Positions 36,936-46,677 of a stretch of 64,000 bases of DNA are shown piece by piece (position 1 is the first letter of the stretch; every line of letters starts with the position of its first letter). The notes under the pieces were generated by a model, which had not been told where the DNA came from, did not search any database, and was given only the letters and a program-made list of their open reading frames with translations. A program made the position numbers and the translations under genes. The stretch spans positions 288,001-352,000 of the forward strand of contig CAXWPH010000006.1 in NCBI GenBank assembly GCA_963666055.2, given 5' to 3'. This stretch comes from Acidobacteriota bacterium. Its GTDB lineage: Bacteria > Acidobacteriota > UBA890 > WLXD01.

Positions 36936-38593
36936 CGCAGCCGTGGCGGAGCGTTCTGCGCCCCATGATCTCCAAGCCGAACGAGCGATTCTCGGCGCGG
37001 TGATGTTGGAGCCGAACTCGATCGCCGCGGTCGCGCGTGCGGTCACCACCGACCACTTCTTCTCCGATCCTCCATCGGCACATCTACGAAGCGATGATTG
37101 GCCTTTATCGTCGCGGCAGTGCAATCGATCCGTCGACCCTACGCAGCGAACTCGCCGACCGAGACGCTCTTGGGCTCGCTGGCGGCGCCGCGTATATCTC
37201 GAGCTTGATCGACGGCTTGCCGTCGGTGGTGAACGTCCAGCACTACGCAGACATCATCAAGGGCAAGGCACGTCTTCGAGCCATTGCCGAGAGCGCCAAC
37301 GCGATCGTCACCTCCACGATGAACGGCGCCAAGGACCTCGACGAGCGTCTGGTTCATCTAGCCGTCAGCGCCAAGGCCAAGACGGAACGCCCCGCCGACT
37401 TCGAGCGTCTCGAGGAGGGCCGCTACCGGTTGACCGAGCCATGCTTCGGCATCGAACTCGAGGTCGACCACCTCAGACGAGAGCGCGGGCAGCTGCATGG
37501 GGAGTTAACCGTCTGGTGCTCGCTACCGGGCGCGAGGACGACTGACGGACTCCTCTCGAGCGGCTCGTTCAATCTGAGCAGCCAGCAGGTCCGCGGCTCT
37601 CAAGGCAAGTACCTCGCGTCTCGGGCCCGGACGGGGAACGAACTCGACTGGACCGGGCTGCTCGAGGAGTTTTGTCATCAGGTCCTGACGAGCGAGCGTG
37701 TTGGCGAACCAGCGGTGTTGCTACGCGATCTGCCGAGGCCGTTACCCGAAGAGGACTTCGAGGTCGGCGGGTTGCGGCTCCTGGCCCATCACCCTGTCGT
37801 CCTCTTCGGGGACGGCGGCTCGGCAAAGTCGTACATTGCTCTGCACGTCGCCGGTGTTCTGGCGCAGCGTGGGCTCCGAGTAGGGCTGTTCGATTGGGAG
37901 TTGTGCGGAGAGGATCACCGCGACCGGCTAGAACGCCTCTTCGGCGCCGACATGCCGGACGTTCGCTATCTCCGCTGCTCCCAGCCCTTGTGCCATATGG
38001 TGGACGCGGTTCGCCGGATGGTCGTCGATCACGAACTCGACTACATCATCCTCGATAGCTTGGCTTTCGCTTGTGACGGCCCGCCGGAGGCCGCGGAGGT
38101 CGCCGGCCGGTACTTCCAGGCGCTACGCAAGCTCGCGTCCATCGGGTCGCTGCACATCGCCCACATCTCGAAGGCAGAAGGTGCCGATCGGAAGCCGTTC
38201 GGTTCGGCCTTCTGGCACAACGGCGCCCGGTCGACTTGGTTCGCGAAGCGGGCCGATAGCGGCCCCGACGCGAGTCGCATCATGGTGTGGCTCTACAACC
38301 GCAAGGCCAACCTCGGGGCTCTACGCCCGCCTGTGGGCTTCGAGATCGCCTTCGGGCAGGAGCGCACGACGGTCCGCCCGGTCGACGTCGCAACCGTGCC
38401 AGACCTGTCCGGACAACTGTCCGTCCGCCAACGCATGGCGCACCTGTTACGGAGCGGCGGAATGAACGCGGATGAGCTCGCGACAGAACTCGACGCCAAG
38501 CTCGAGACGGTGAAGCGGACGGCCCGTAGATACCCGCGGCAGTTCACGATTCTGGATGGCGGTCGCCTTGGCCTTCTGGAGAAAACAGCATGA
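36916..38593 (+). CDS. replication protein: DnaB-like N-terminal domain plus AAA/RepA-type helicase; frameshift near 37070
   Basis: PHDLQAERAILGAVML...HFF / HRHIYEAM...GGAAYISSL (DnaB N-terminus); GDGGSAKS Walker A, IILDS Walker B, GS..W; C-terminal HTH. Confidence 0.75.
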
Positions 38594-38595
38594 GC

Positions 38596-38690
38596 GGACA
38601 AAGTGTCCGGACACTCCGGACAGACTGTCCTCGGGGAAGCGGACGGACACTCCCTCCCTTTAGGGAGGATGTCCTGTCCGGTCCTTGTCC
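38596..38690. repeat. putative replication origin (GGACA/TGTCC iterons around a palindrome)
   Basis: At least 9 GGACA/TGTCC copies in 95 bp flanking cctccctttagggagg (38653-38668), directly after the rep gene. Confidence 0.6.
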
Positions 38691-38957
38691 GCCGGGGAAT
38701 CAGAAAAGAAGAAAAAAGGCCGGAGGGGGGACGCCGGCAGCGAGACATCGCTCGAGATCACAGCTGGTGAAGGGCTCGACTACGCCGTTCCAGTCCATGA
38801 AAGGAGGCGCCCGGCTCTGCTCACTGGCGAGTTCTCTCGAACGGGGTTCGGGTGGGGCAGAGGGCAGACTTGCTGATCATGTATCAGTATGGCGAGGATA
38901 AACTCATGTATTTAAAGAGGTTAGAAGGGGTGGGCTCCATGCGGGCTCCGCAATGAG

Positions 38958-39458
38958 ATGGTGCTAGAAACCACACCCAAGCCGTCTCGAGAACAACACG
39001 AGAATGGCCCCGAAGACGGGGCCCGCGAAGCGCTCGACAGCCTTGCTGCCCGGCCGGATCGGGACCCGGCAACGGGGTGCTTCGTCAAGGGCAACACTGC
39101 GGCCGGCCGGACGCTGGCGCGCTCGGATGCGTTCTGGCAGGCGGTGGGCGCCGCGAAGCGCGAGCTGGCAGAGCGCGTGTGCTCTGACCTCGCCGTTAAT
39201 GGGGACGGCGCCGTGACGCTTGAAGGCCTCATTGACGGCTACGCAGAGACGCGCCTCCTTCGACACGCAATGTTCGTCCGGCTGGCGGAGCAGGGCGGAC
39301 CCGTTACAGGCAAGGGCAAGGCGCGAGCTCTGTTCTCGTCGTATCTGCAAGCACTCGACCGAGAGACGCGGCTGGCGCAGACGCTCGGCCTCGAGCGCAA
39401 AGCGAAGGCGGTCTCGCTGGCCGATGCGATCATTGATCGCCAAAAGGCGGGAGCGTAG
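38958..39458 (+). CDS. terminase small subunit-like protein
   Basis: DPATGCFVKGN motif, helical body, LGL near the C-terminus; immediately upstream of TerL. Confidence 0.55.
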   Translation: MVLETTPKPSREQHENGPEDGAREALDSLAARPDRDPATGCFVKGNTAAGRTLARSDAFWQAVGAAKRELAERVCSDLAVNGDGAVTLEGLIDGYAETRLLRHAMFVRLAEQGGPVTGKGKARALFSSYLQALDRETRLAQTLGLERKAKAVSLADAIIDRQKAGA

Positions 39459-40863
39459 GCGGACGAGCGGAGCACGAAAGTACACGCCGCGTGAGTTCCG
39501 ATGTTTGTGGCCCGAGTTCGAGGCTGACTCATGGAGGCCGTGGGGCTCGGTGGAAGACGCCATGTTCGGCGTCGAACCAGAGGACGCCGAACTCGTGCGG
39601 CGCATCACGGGCCGCGTGCGGGTGCCGTCCGACCCCGTCAAGGAGTTCTGGGCAATCGTCGGCCGCGGTGGGGGCAAGTCACGCTTCTGCGGTCGGCTTG
39701 CTGTCTACTTCGCCTGCGGACGCGCTTACAGGCGTGTTCCTGGCGAGCGAATCTTCGTCGCCATCTTCGCGCCCGATAGAAAGCAGGCCGCCGTCACGTT
39801 CCGGTACGTGCTCGGGCTGCTGAGGGCGGTGCCGGCGATCGAGCGGATGATCGTCCGTGCCCTGCGGGAGAGTATCGAACTCGACAACGGCGTCACGATC
39901 GAAGTCATTACCGCCAGCAAGGCGGCGCCGCGCGGCCGCTCCTATGCATTGGCAATCGTCGAAGAGGCAGCGTTCTTGCCCGCTGACGACGCTACCGACC
40001 CAGACAAGGAGCTGCTGCGTGCGCTGCGGCCGGCTCTCGCTCGCGTGCCGGGGTCGATGCTTGCGGTTGTATCGAGCCCCTACGCGCGCCGGGGCGAGCT
40101 GTGGCGAACCTGGATGGAGCACTTCGGCAAGGACGACTCCGATTCCGTGCTCGTTGTGCAGGCCGACACGTTGACGCTGAATCCGGCTTTTGACGAGCGG
40201 GAGATCGAGCGCGCATACACCGAAGACCCCGTTGCCGCTTCTGCGGAGTACGGTGCCCAGTTTCGAACGAACGTCTCAGGCTTCATCTCGCGTGAGGCTA
40301 TCGAGGGCTGCACGGTGCTCGATCGTCACGAGTTGCCGCCCGTGCCCGGCGTGTCATACAGCGGCTTCGTCGACTTCGCCGGTGGCTCTGGGCAGGATTC
40401 GGCGACGCTGGCCATTGCGCACCGGGAGACACGAGACGGGCAAAGCGTTGTGGTGCTGGACCTGGTGCGGGAAGTCCGGCCGCCGTTTTCGCCAGAGCAA
40501 GTCTGCCGCGACTTCGCCGACGATCTAAAGCGCTACCGGCTCAGCCGTGCGACGGCGGATCGCTACGCCGCGGACTTCGCCACCGAGGCCATGCGACGAC
40601 AGGAGGTCGACCTCAGGCCGGCGGGCAAGCCAAAATCGGACCTGTACAGGGAGCTCTTGCCTGCGCTCAACAGCGGCAGCATCGAGCTGTTAGATCTACC
40701 GCGCCTGGCAGCCCAGCTCGGCGGCTTGGAGCGCCGTGTGGCCCGTGGTGGCCGCGACAGCATTGACCATGCACCGGGTGGCCATGACGACGTCGCCAAT
40801 GCCGTGGCCGGGGCGCTGGTAGCGGTGGCGAGGGAACGTCGACCACGCTGGGGCTTTGCCTGA
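39220..40863 (+). CDS. phage terminase large subunit (true start uncertain, probably after about 39450)
   Basis: GRGGGKS Walker A, AIVEEAAF Walker B, VSSP coupling motif, GFVDFAGG..DS nuclease, HDDVANA. Confidence 0.88.
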   Translation: MKASLTATQRRASFDTQCSSGWRSRADPLQARARRELCSRRICKHSTERRGWRRRSASSAKRRRSRWPMRSLIAKRRERRRTSGARKYTPREFRCLWPEFEADSWRPWGSVEDAMFGVEPEDAELVRRITGRVRVPSDPVKEFWAIVGRGGGKSRFCGRLAVYFACGRAYRRVPGERIFVAIFAPDRKQAAVTFRYVLGLLRAVPAIERMIVRALRESIELDNGVTIEVITASKAAPRGRSYALAIVEEAAFLPADDATDPDKELLRALRPALARVPGSMLAVVSSPYARRGELWRTWMEHFGKDDSDSVLVVQADTLTLNPAFDEREIERAYTEDPVAASAEYGAQFRTNVSGFISREAIEGCTVLDRHELPPVPGVSYSGFVDFAGGSGQDSATLAIAHRETRDGQSVVVLDLVREVRPPFSPEQVCRDFADDLKRYRLSRATADRYAADFATEAMRRQEVDLRPAGKPKSDLYRELLPALNSGSIELLDLPRLAAQLGGLERRVARGGRDSIDHAPGGHDDVANAVAGALVAVARERRPRWGFA

Positions 40864-40990
40864 GCGCAGAGGAGGAAGAAAGTCGTTCACGTCGCCAGCT
40901 GCGCTCGTCTTGTTGACATTGCCGGCTTGGAACCGGACACGGAGGTCCAGCCCCCTCCGGGGCCGCCGGGTTGGCGTGAACAGGTTCAAT

Positions 40991-41047
40991 TAGGTTCAGG
41001 ACCTAGTGGGTGCAAGCCCGTGGGGGTTCAAGTCCCTCCTTGGGCAC
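40991..41047 (+). tRNA. 3' portion of tRNA-Leu(CAG), att-site remnant
   Basis: TAGG-TTCAGGA-CCTA anticodon arm, long variable arm gggtgcaagccc, GGGGTTCAAGTCCC T-arm, CTTGGGC-A acceptor; 5' half absent. Confidence 0.85.
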
Positions 41048-41302
41048 TACCCTTAAGCTACTCTGTACAAAGGAGATCCGTCCTACAAAAGGCCGGATCT
41101 CGACACTCACGTTCCAAGCTGAACGTTCAGCGATCTAACATCCATCTAACATTTCGTCGCTGGTCCGGTGTCAACAGGGCTGAGCCTGGTGCGATTCTCC
41201 GAGGTAATCCTCTTTCGTCGACGGTTCCTCCCGCCTTCTTTCTGGCCGCGGGTTGCTCCCAGAGGATTTCGCTTCAGGACGCGTTACCCTTCGCGCATTC
41301 GC

Positions 41303-42802
41303 CTACCTCACCGTGGAGCGGACCGACTTGCTGGCCGCCTGCAGATCGCCGTCCGTCGGCGTCACGGTGCACTCTAGGCGGTCGCCCTTGGTGAACAGGT
41401 CGGTGGCGAGGGCGTCGGAGTGCGCTGCGATGGTGACGTCGCGTACGACCCTGCCGTCTACTTTCCATACGTACTGGTACGAGACGACGTCGTAGTCGGG
41501 GTCGTCGGTCACCAGCGGGTACTTGATCTCGCACAACGGCACTCTGCGGGCCTTCGGCTTGTTGCGAAACCTGACCCTCTTGAGCGCCACCGGCGCCCGG
41601 TTCAGGTCAGCATCTCGCTTGGTCATGACCTCGTAGGGCATCGTGGCGAGCTTCTTGCCGTTGACGTGCAGCTCGAGTTTCCAGGTGCCGGTGAAGACGC
41701 GCATGCCGTTGACGATCCAGCGCTGCCTCCACCAGCTTTGGTGGGAAAACTCGATGTTGCCGAGCTTACGCGCGCCAGTGTCCAACGCGACGGAGTTATT
41801 GGGCCGCCGGAACACCACCCGCTGGGTACTGTTGGCCGGTAGGTTCTGCAGCAGGAACCAGATGTAGAGCCATTCATCGTCGGTCTGAAACTGGCCCGAC
41901 GAGGGCAATTGCTCGGGCGGTAGCTTGTCCTCGGCCAGCGTGCGGAGCTCTTCGTGGGTGATCCCGGCGTCGAACAGGTAGGTGTTGCGCTTGAACTTGA
42001 GCTGCTTGACGAAGCCGCTGGCGCCCGGGTTGCAGCGGCCTGCGAACGGCTCGGTAGCAACCCGATTCACCCAGGTCTCGAAATGCAGGTGCGGTCCGGA
42101 ACTGTAGCCGCTCGAGGCCGTCATGCCGATGCTCTGCCCGGCTACGACGTCATCACCCATCTTGACCGCGACGCTGCCTTTGCGCATGTGCCAGTACAGC
42201 GACAGCTGACCGCCGCCGTGGCTGATGATGACGTAGTTGGCGGGCTTGTACGTCAGCGTCGTCGAGCGGTCGGAATTACCGTCCTGAGCAGCGACCACGC
42301 GTCCGTCCAGCGCCGCGTAGATCGGCACCCCGATGTCCTGGAACGCGAAGCTCCGCACGTCAGAGTCGTGTCCCTGGTGCCCATCATAGGTGTAGTCGGT
42401 GCAATTCCAATCCAAGATGGCGGCATCTCCTTGAGTCGGGTCCAGGTCGACGAAGCCAGAAAAGAACAGGTCGCCTTCGTGCACCCCGGCCTGCGGGTAA
42501 AAGGGGTAGCGGGTCGAGATGTCAGTTTTGGTTGCCGGCGGCAACCCGTAGGTGCGCTCGTACGCGTCGAGCGCAGCGTGGACCCTCGCGTACTCGGCCG
42601 CGGTGATGTCGGAGCCAAGCGTGGCACGCTGTTCGGGCGACAGCTCCGACGTGAACCCCTGCCATCGTCCCTGACCGTTCGGAGCGATCAGCTCACCGGT
42701 TCCGATCAGGCGGTGGCGGCCAGCGTGCTGTCCGGTGGCGTTACCCGATGGCGACACGAGCGCTAACGATACGACGACCAGGCAGATCCCGAGTCTTGTC
42801 AT
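41303..42802 (-). CDS. secreted M23-family metallopeptidase
   Basis: Signal peptide; YDGHQGHD, YWHM, SSGPHLHF. Confidence 0.85.
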   Translation of the reverse strand: MTRLGICLVVVSLALVSPSGNATGQHAGRHRLIGTGELIAPNGQGRWQGFTSELSPEQRATLGSDITAAEYARVHAALDAYERTYGLPPATKTDISTRYPFYPQAGVHEGDLFFSGFVDLDPTQGDAAILDWNCTDYTYDGHQGHDSDVRSFAFQDIGVPIYAALDGRVVAAQDGNSDRSTTLTYKPANYVIISHGGGQLSLYWHMRKGSVAVKMGDDVVAGQSIGMTASSGYSSGPHLHFETWVNRVATEPFAGRCNPGASGFVKQLKFKRNTYLFDAGITHEELRTLAEDKLPPEQLPSSGQFQTDDEWLYIWFLLQNLPANSTQRVVFRRPNNSVALDTGARKLGNIEFSHQSWWRQRWIVNGMRVFTGTWKLELHVNGKKLATMPYEVMTKRDADLNRAPVALKRVRFRNKPKARRVPLCEIKYPLVTDDPDYDVVSYQYVWKVDGRVVRDVTIAAHSDALATDLFTKGDRLECTVTPTDGDLQAASKSVRSTVR

Positions 42803-42830
42803 GGTTGCAGAGTTATAGCGCCGGACCCGA

Positions 42831-44093
42831 TGACGTGCTCCCCGAAACCTGAGCCAGTGCGAGTGTGAGTTCTCCGGGCTAGATTAGGGCCGGGAGGGCT
42901 ACATGAGGAAGAGGCGGTACAGCGAAGAGCAGATCATCAAGATCCTGCGCCAGGTGGAGGCCGGCGAGGCGGTCAAGGACGTGTGCCGGGAGCATGGCTT
43001 CAGCGAGGGCACTTACTATCGGTGGAAGGCGAAGTACGGGGGGCTGGATATCAGTGAGGCGCGCCGGCTCAAGGAGCTGGAGCGTGACAAACCGGCGGCT
43101 CAAGAATGCCGTGGCGGATCTGACGCTGGACAACCAGGCGCGCAAGGAAGTTGTGTCGCGAAAATGGTGACGCCCGCGATGCGGCGGCAAGCAGCGGCAT
43201 GGCTGCAGCAGCGCTTGGGGCTGAGCGAGCGCCGGGCGTGCCGGATCGTGGGTGTGAACCGATCGACGTGCCGGTATCGAGCTCGACGGCAACAAGCCGG
43301 ACCGTTGCTCGAGCGGATGCGTGAGCTGGCGGCCGAGAGGCCACGGTTCGGCTATCGCCGACTGCACGTGATGGTGCGACGCGAAGGCTGGCAGGTGAAC
43401 CACAAGCGCTTGTACCGGCTGTATCAACGAGAAGGGCTGGCTGTGCGGCGCCGCAAGCGTAAGCGCGTGGCATCGATGCAGCGGGTGCCGATGATCACGC
43501 CACAGGCAGCCAACGACCGGTGGTCGATGGACTTCATGAGCGACTCGCTGGCCACCGGCAGGTCGTTCCGAACGCTCAACGTGCTGGATGAGTACAGTCG
43601 CGAGTGCCTGGCGATCGAGGTCGACACGTCGTTGACGGGCGCCCGCGTCGCGCGGGTGTTGGGCCGGGTCGTCGAGCAACGCGGTAAACCCAAGGAGATC
43701 CTGATCGACAACGGCCCCGAGTTCACGAGCCGGGCGTTGGACGCGTGGGCCTACGAGATGGGCGTAGAGCTACGCTTCATCCGGCCTGGCAAGCCGGTGG
43801 ACAACGCCTTCATCGAGAGCTTCAATGGCTCGTTCCGAGACGAGTGCCTCAACCAGCACTGGTTCACGGATCTCGAGGACGCCCGGTGCAAGGTCCAGTA
43901 CTGGCGTCGAGACTACAACTACGTCAGGCCGCACAGCTCACTGGGCGACCTGACTCCACACGAGTTCGCCGCGGCAGCGCAACTCCAGCAGCCTCCGGCT
44001 GCTTCCGTTGCCCCGCCGTTGGCGAACCGATAACACCCCTATGTTCGGTCCGAGACTCTCACTTCCAGTGGACCAGAAAAGGGGGGCAGGTCA
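42831..44093 (+). mobile_element. IS3-family element
   Basis: IRL tgacgtgctccccgaaacctgagcca, IRR tggaccagaaaaggggggcaggtca; no obvious target duplication. Confidence 0.92.
42903..44033 (+). CDS. IS3 transposase, orfA and orfB in one frame
   Basis: YSEEQII...TYYRWK HTH; WSMDF, DNGPEF, IESFNG, RPHSSL DDE domain. Confidence 0.9.
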   Translation: MRKRRYSEEQIIKILRQVEAGEAVKDVCREHGFSEGTYYRWKAKYGGLDISEARRLKELERDKPAAQECRGGSDAGQPGAQGSCVAKMVTPAMRRQAAAWLQQRLGLSERRACRIVGVNRSTCRYRARRQQAGPLLERMRELAAERPRFGYRRLHVMVRREGWQVNHKRLYRLYQREGLAVRRRKRKRVASMQRVPMITPQAANDRWSMDFMSDSLATGRSFRTLNVLDEYSRECLAIEVDTSLTGARVARVLGRVVEQRGKPKEILIDNGPEFTSRALDAWAYEMGVELRFIRPGKPVDNAFIESFNGSFRDECLNQHWFTDLEDARCKVQYWRRDYNYVRPHSSLGDLTPHEFAAAAQLQQPPAASVAPPLANR

Positions 44094-44550
44094 TGGCCTC
44101 GCCCCGTCGGCATTCGAGATGATCTTGCGGCCCCGAGGATGGCTCGCACCGCTTCTTCTTCCAGGACATAGGAACAGCACCAAGCCCGCATAATGGGCCG
44201 GACTCTACTTTGGGAAAGCGCCGCACTTGCCGGAACGGTCAGCGAGATCGATGATGTCCGTGCTTCCCGATTGGCGGTGCGGTGTTCTAGTAGGTGAAGT
44301 CACCGACGGTATGGTGGGGTCGCAAGTTCAGCACAACGTGCTGGTCACAGGACAGCTCGCCGAGTTCGGCCTGTCCGAGAAGGACGTGGCCGACCACTGA
44401 GAAGACCAGGAAGGACGCAGCCTGATCATGCTGCTTCCTCATCCACAACTCTCGCCAATATCTCGAAGCGCACTAGGCAGCCACGATTCCGCAGAGGGCT
44501 CCCGCTCAGGGTAGACTCAGGAATCCGCATTAGGTGACGGTGGGCATCCG

Positions 44551-44694
44551 ATGACGACGCTGGTACAACCGCGATTTAAGGGCAAGACTCCAGCTCAGGG
44601 GCAGAAGCTCAGGGGCGGTTACTACACTCCGCCCCCGCTCGCCGAGTACCTGGCCCGTTGGGCAATCCGCGGGCCCCGTGAGCGAGTCTTGGAG
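44551..44694 (+). pseudogene. N6-adenine DNA methyltransferase N-terminal fragment
   Basis: QKLRGGYYTPPPLAEYLARWAI...RVLE (motif X up to the start of motif I). Confidence 0.7.
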
Positions 44695-45265
44695 GCCTGG
44701 GAGGCGGCGGCATCGACGAGCAGCTCGGCATCGACGATCTCAAGATCCAGCTCACCTCGAACCTGACCGCCGATTTGACCTACAACACCGACTTCGCCCA
44801 GGTCGAGCTCGACGAGCAACGCGTCAACCTGACACGCTTCGACCTGTTTTTCCCCGAGAAACGCGACTTCTTCCTGGAGGGGGCCAACAACTTCAGCTTC
44901 GGGCAGCAGTCCGGCGTCTTCGATGGGCCGGTGCTTCAATTGTTCCACTCGCGCAACATCGGGCTGTCGGAGTTCGGCGAGCCACTACCGATCGACTTCG
45001 GCGTCAAGATGACCGGCAAGGTGGGCAGCGGCAACATCGGGTTGCTGAACGTGCAGACGGGCGACTCCGATCTCGGCGAGGGGCGCAACTACACGGCCCT
45101 GCGCTGGCGACAGGATGTCCTCGAGCGATCGTCCGTCGGCGCGCTGGTGACCAACGTCGAAGGACCCGACGGGCACACGAAGACGGTGATCGGTGCCGAC
45201 GCCAGCTTCACGTTCCTCGATCACCTCAACATCTCGGCTTTCGGTGCCCGGGCTCGTTCCGGAGG
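44695..45265 (+). pseudogene. internal fragment of a DUF5916 paralog
   Basis: GIDDLKIQLTSNLT..TYNTDFAQVELD...LDHLNISAF aligns to about 30435-30970. Confidence 0.85.
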
Positions 45266-45660
45266 ATGTCGGCACGCCACCGCTGGTAGCGCTTCGTCGA
45301 GCGCATGCGCCGGATGACTTCGGGGTCCATCGGAGATTCGCGTTGGATTCTCATTTGAGTAGACATTTTATGCCTGCCAAATCGTTTTGCTTACAAACGC
45401 GACGGCTGGCGCGGTCTACACCTGAGCGCGGTCATTCACTTGATGCCCCCCCGTAAGATGTTGAGCCCGTGGTATTTATCGCGATCGAGTGGTGTGCCGC
45501 GTGAGCATGGGCCCGAGAGCGACGAAACGCACGAGAGCGCACGAGCTCGCGCGTCCGGTGGTGGTGGTGGGCCCGGTGGTACAGGCCCGACGGAGAGCTC
45601 ACCGCGGCTTAGGGCACGCTACTTGGCGGCGAGCGAGTGCTGACTCATGCCGGTGTCGTG

Positions 45661-45720
45661 ACCAGTACGGCCAGTCGGTGTCCCATCCGAGATCATACAG
45701 CAGGAGCCAGTCATGCAGGT
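45661..45720 (-). pseudogene. LysR substrate-binding-domain fragment
   Basis: LHDWLLLYDLGWDTDWPYW; nucleotide match to 52357-52416. Confidence 0.75.
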
Positions 45721-46310
45721 ACGCCGCGAAGAAACTCATGCTCACGGACCCGCCCAGGTCGAACCCGATGGCCACAGGCCCGGTCTTTTCGGGAGATCTC
45801 GACGCTCGTACACGCATGCGTTCCAGTCGTCGAGGCTCACGATCTTCTCGCGATCGCCGAGCACCGGGGTGCCGCGGTTGAGCCGGTACGTCCGCCAGCA
45901 GTCGAGGTCCGGACCACCGATTCGCGCGAGGTTTTTCTCGCGTTCAATGACCTTGGCCAGCGTCGGCTGCGCCTCCGCGCCGGGTTCGCCTTCCGTATCG
46001 ACCTCTGGGTGATAGTCCGAGCTCCCGTCGGCCGCGGCGTGCATCTGGTTGTAGATCCCGCACCCGCCGCGCAGTATGCGCGAGAATCAGTGGTGCGAGT
46101 CGTCGGGGCAGGTACCGATCGCCATGAACTTGCTCACGGCATGCTTGCCGAGCGCGGTGACCAGCGCGGCGTGCATGCGCTAGCCGCGTTGACGCCACTG
46201 TGGCGGCTCGTCGGTGATCACCAGGACCGGCGCCAGGCCGTGCGCTCGACGGGGGTCCGAGCCGATGGCTCGCTATCATGGCGCCCGTCTCCCGGTCCTC
46301 GATGCGGCAA
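45721..46310 (-). pseudogene. phage terminase large subunit fragment (Terminase_1-like)
   Basis: IGSDPRRAHGLAPVLVITDEP, ALVTALGK, YRLN, AIGFDLGGSVSM; contains a stop and frameshifts. Confidence 0.75.
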
Positions 46311-46590
46311 TCGTGCGCTACTACGCTGGATGCGCGGCTTTGGCGATGTATGCCAGGTCGGTGTCGAGGGAACTGGCAGCTATGGTGCTGGCGTGACTCG
46401 GCATCTGTCAGAGGTAGGGATCGAAGTCTTCGAGGTCGCCCGGCCTGATCGCTCTGCTCTGTCGCAGCAGGGGCAAGAGCGATACCTCCGAGGCGGAGGC
46501 AGCCGCGCGAGCTGTTGTGGAAGGCAGACGAACCAGCACACCGAAGAGCAAAGCGGGCAAGGTCGAGTCTCTTCGAGTGCTGCGGCTCAC
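46310..46590 (+). mobile_element. IS110 transposase N-terminal fragment
   Basis: VGVEGTGSYGAGVTRHL..GIEVFEVARPDR / GKSD..EAEAAARAV. Confidence 0.8.
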
Positions 46591-46677
46591 CAGGCCCATC
46601 CCACACCACCGATCGTCCAGATCGGTAGCGGGCAAGGTGATCCCCGAGCCCGACTGGTGAGTCGGACCATGCCATCA

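Larger units (their letters stand above)
34434..41047. mobile_element. phage-satellite/PICI-like integrative element without capsid genes
   Basis: int-HTH-alpA-rep-ori-terS-terL order, bounded by tRNA fragments. Confidence 0.7.

Noticed and set aside
34434-41047. Functional tRNA-Thr and tRNA-Leu genes
   Set aside because: Both lack the 5' acceptor strand and D-arm.
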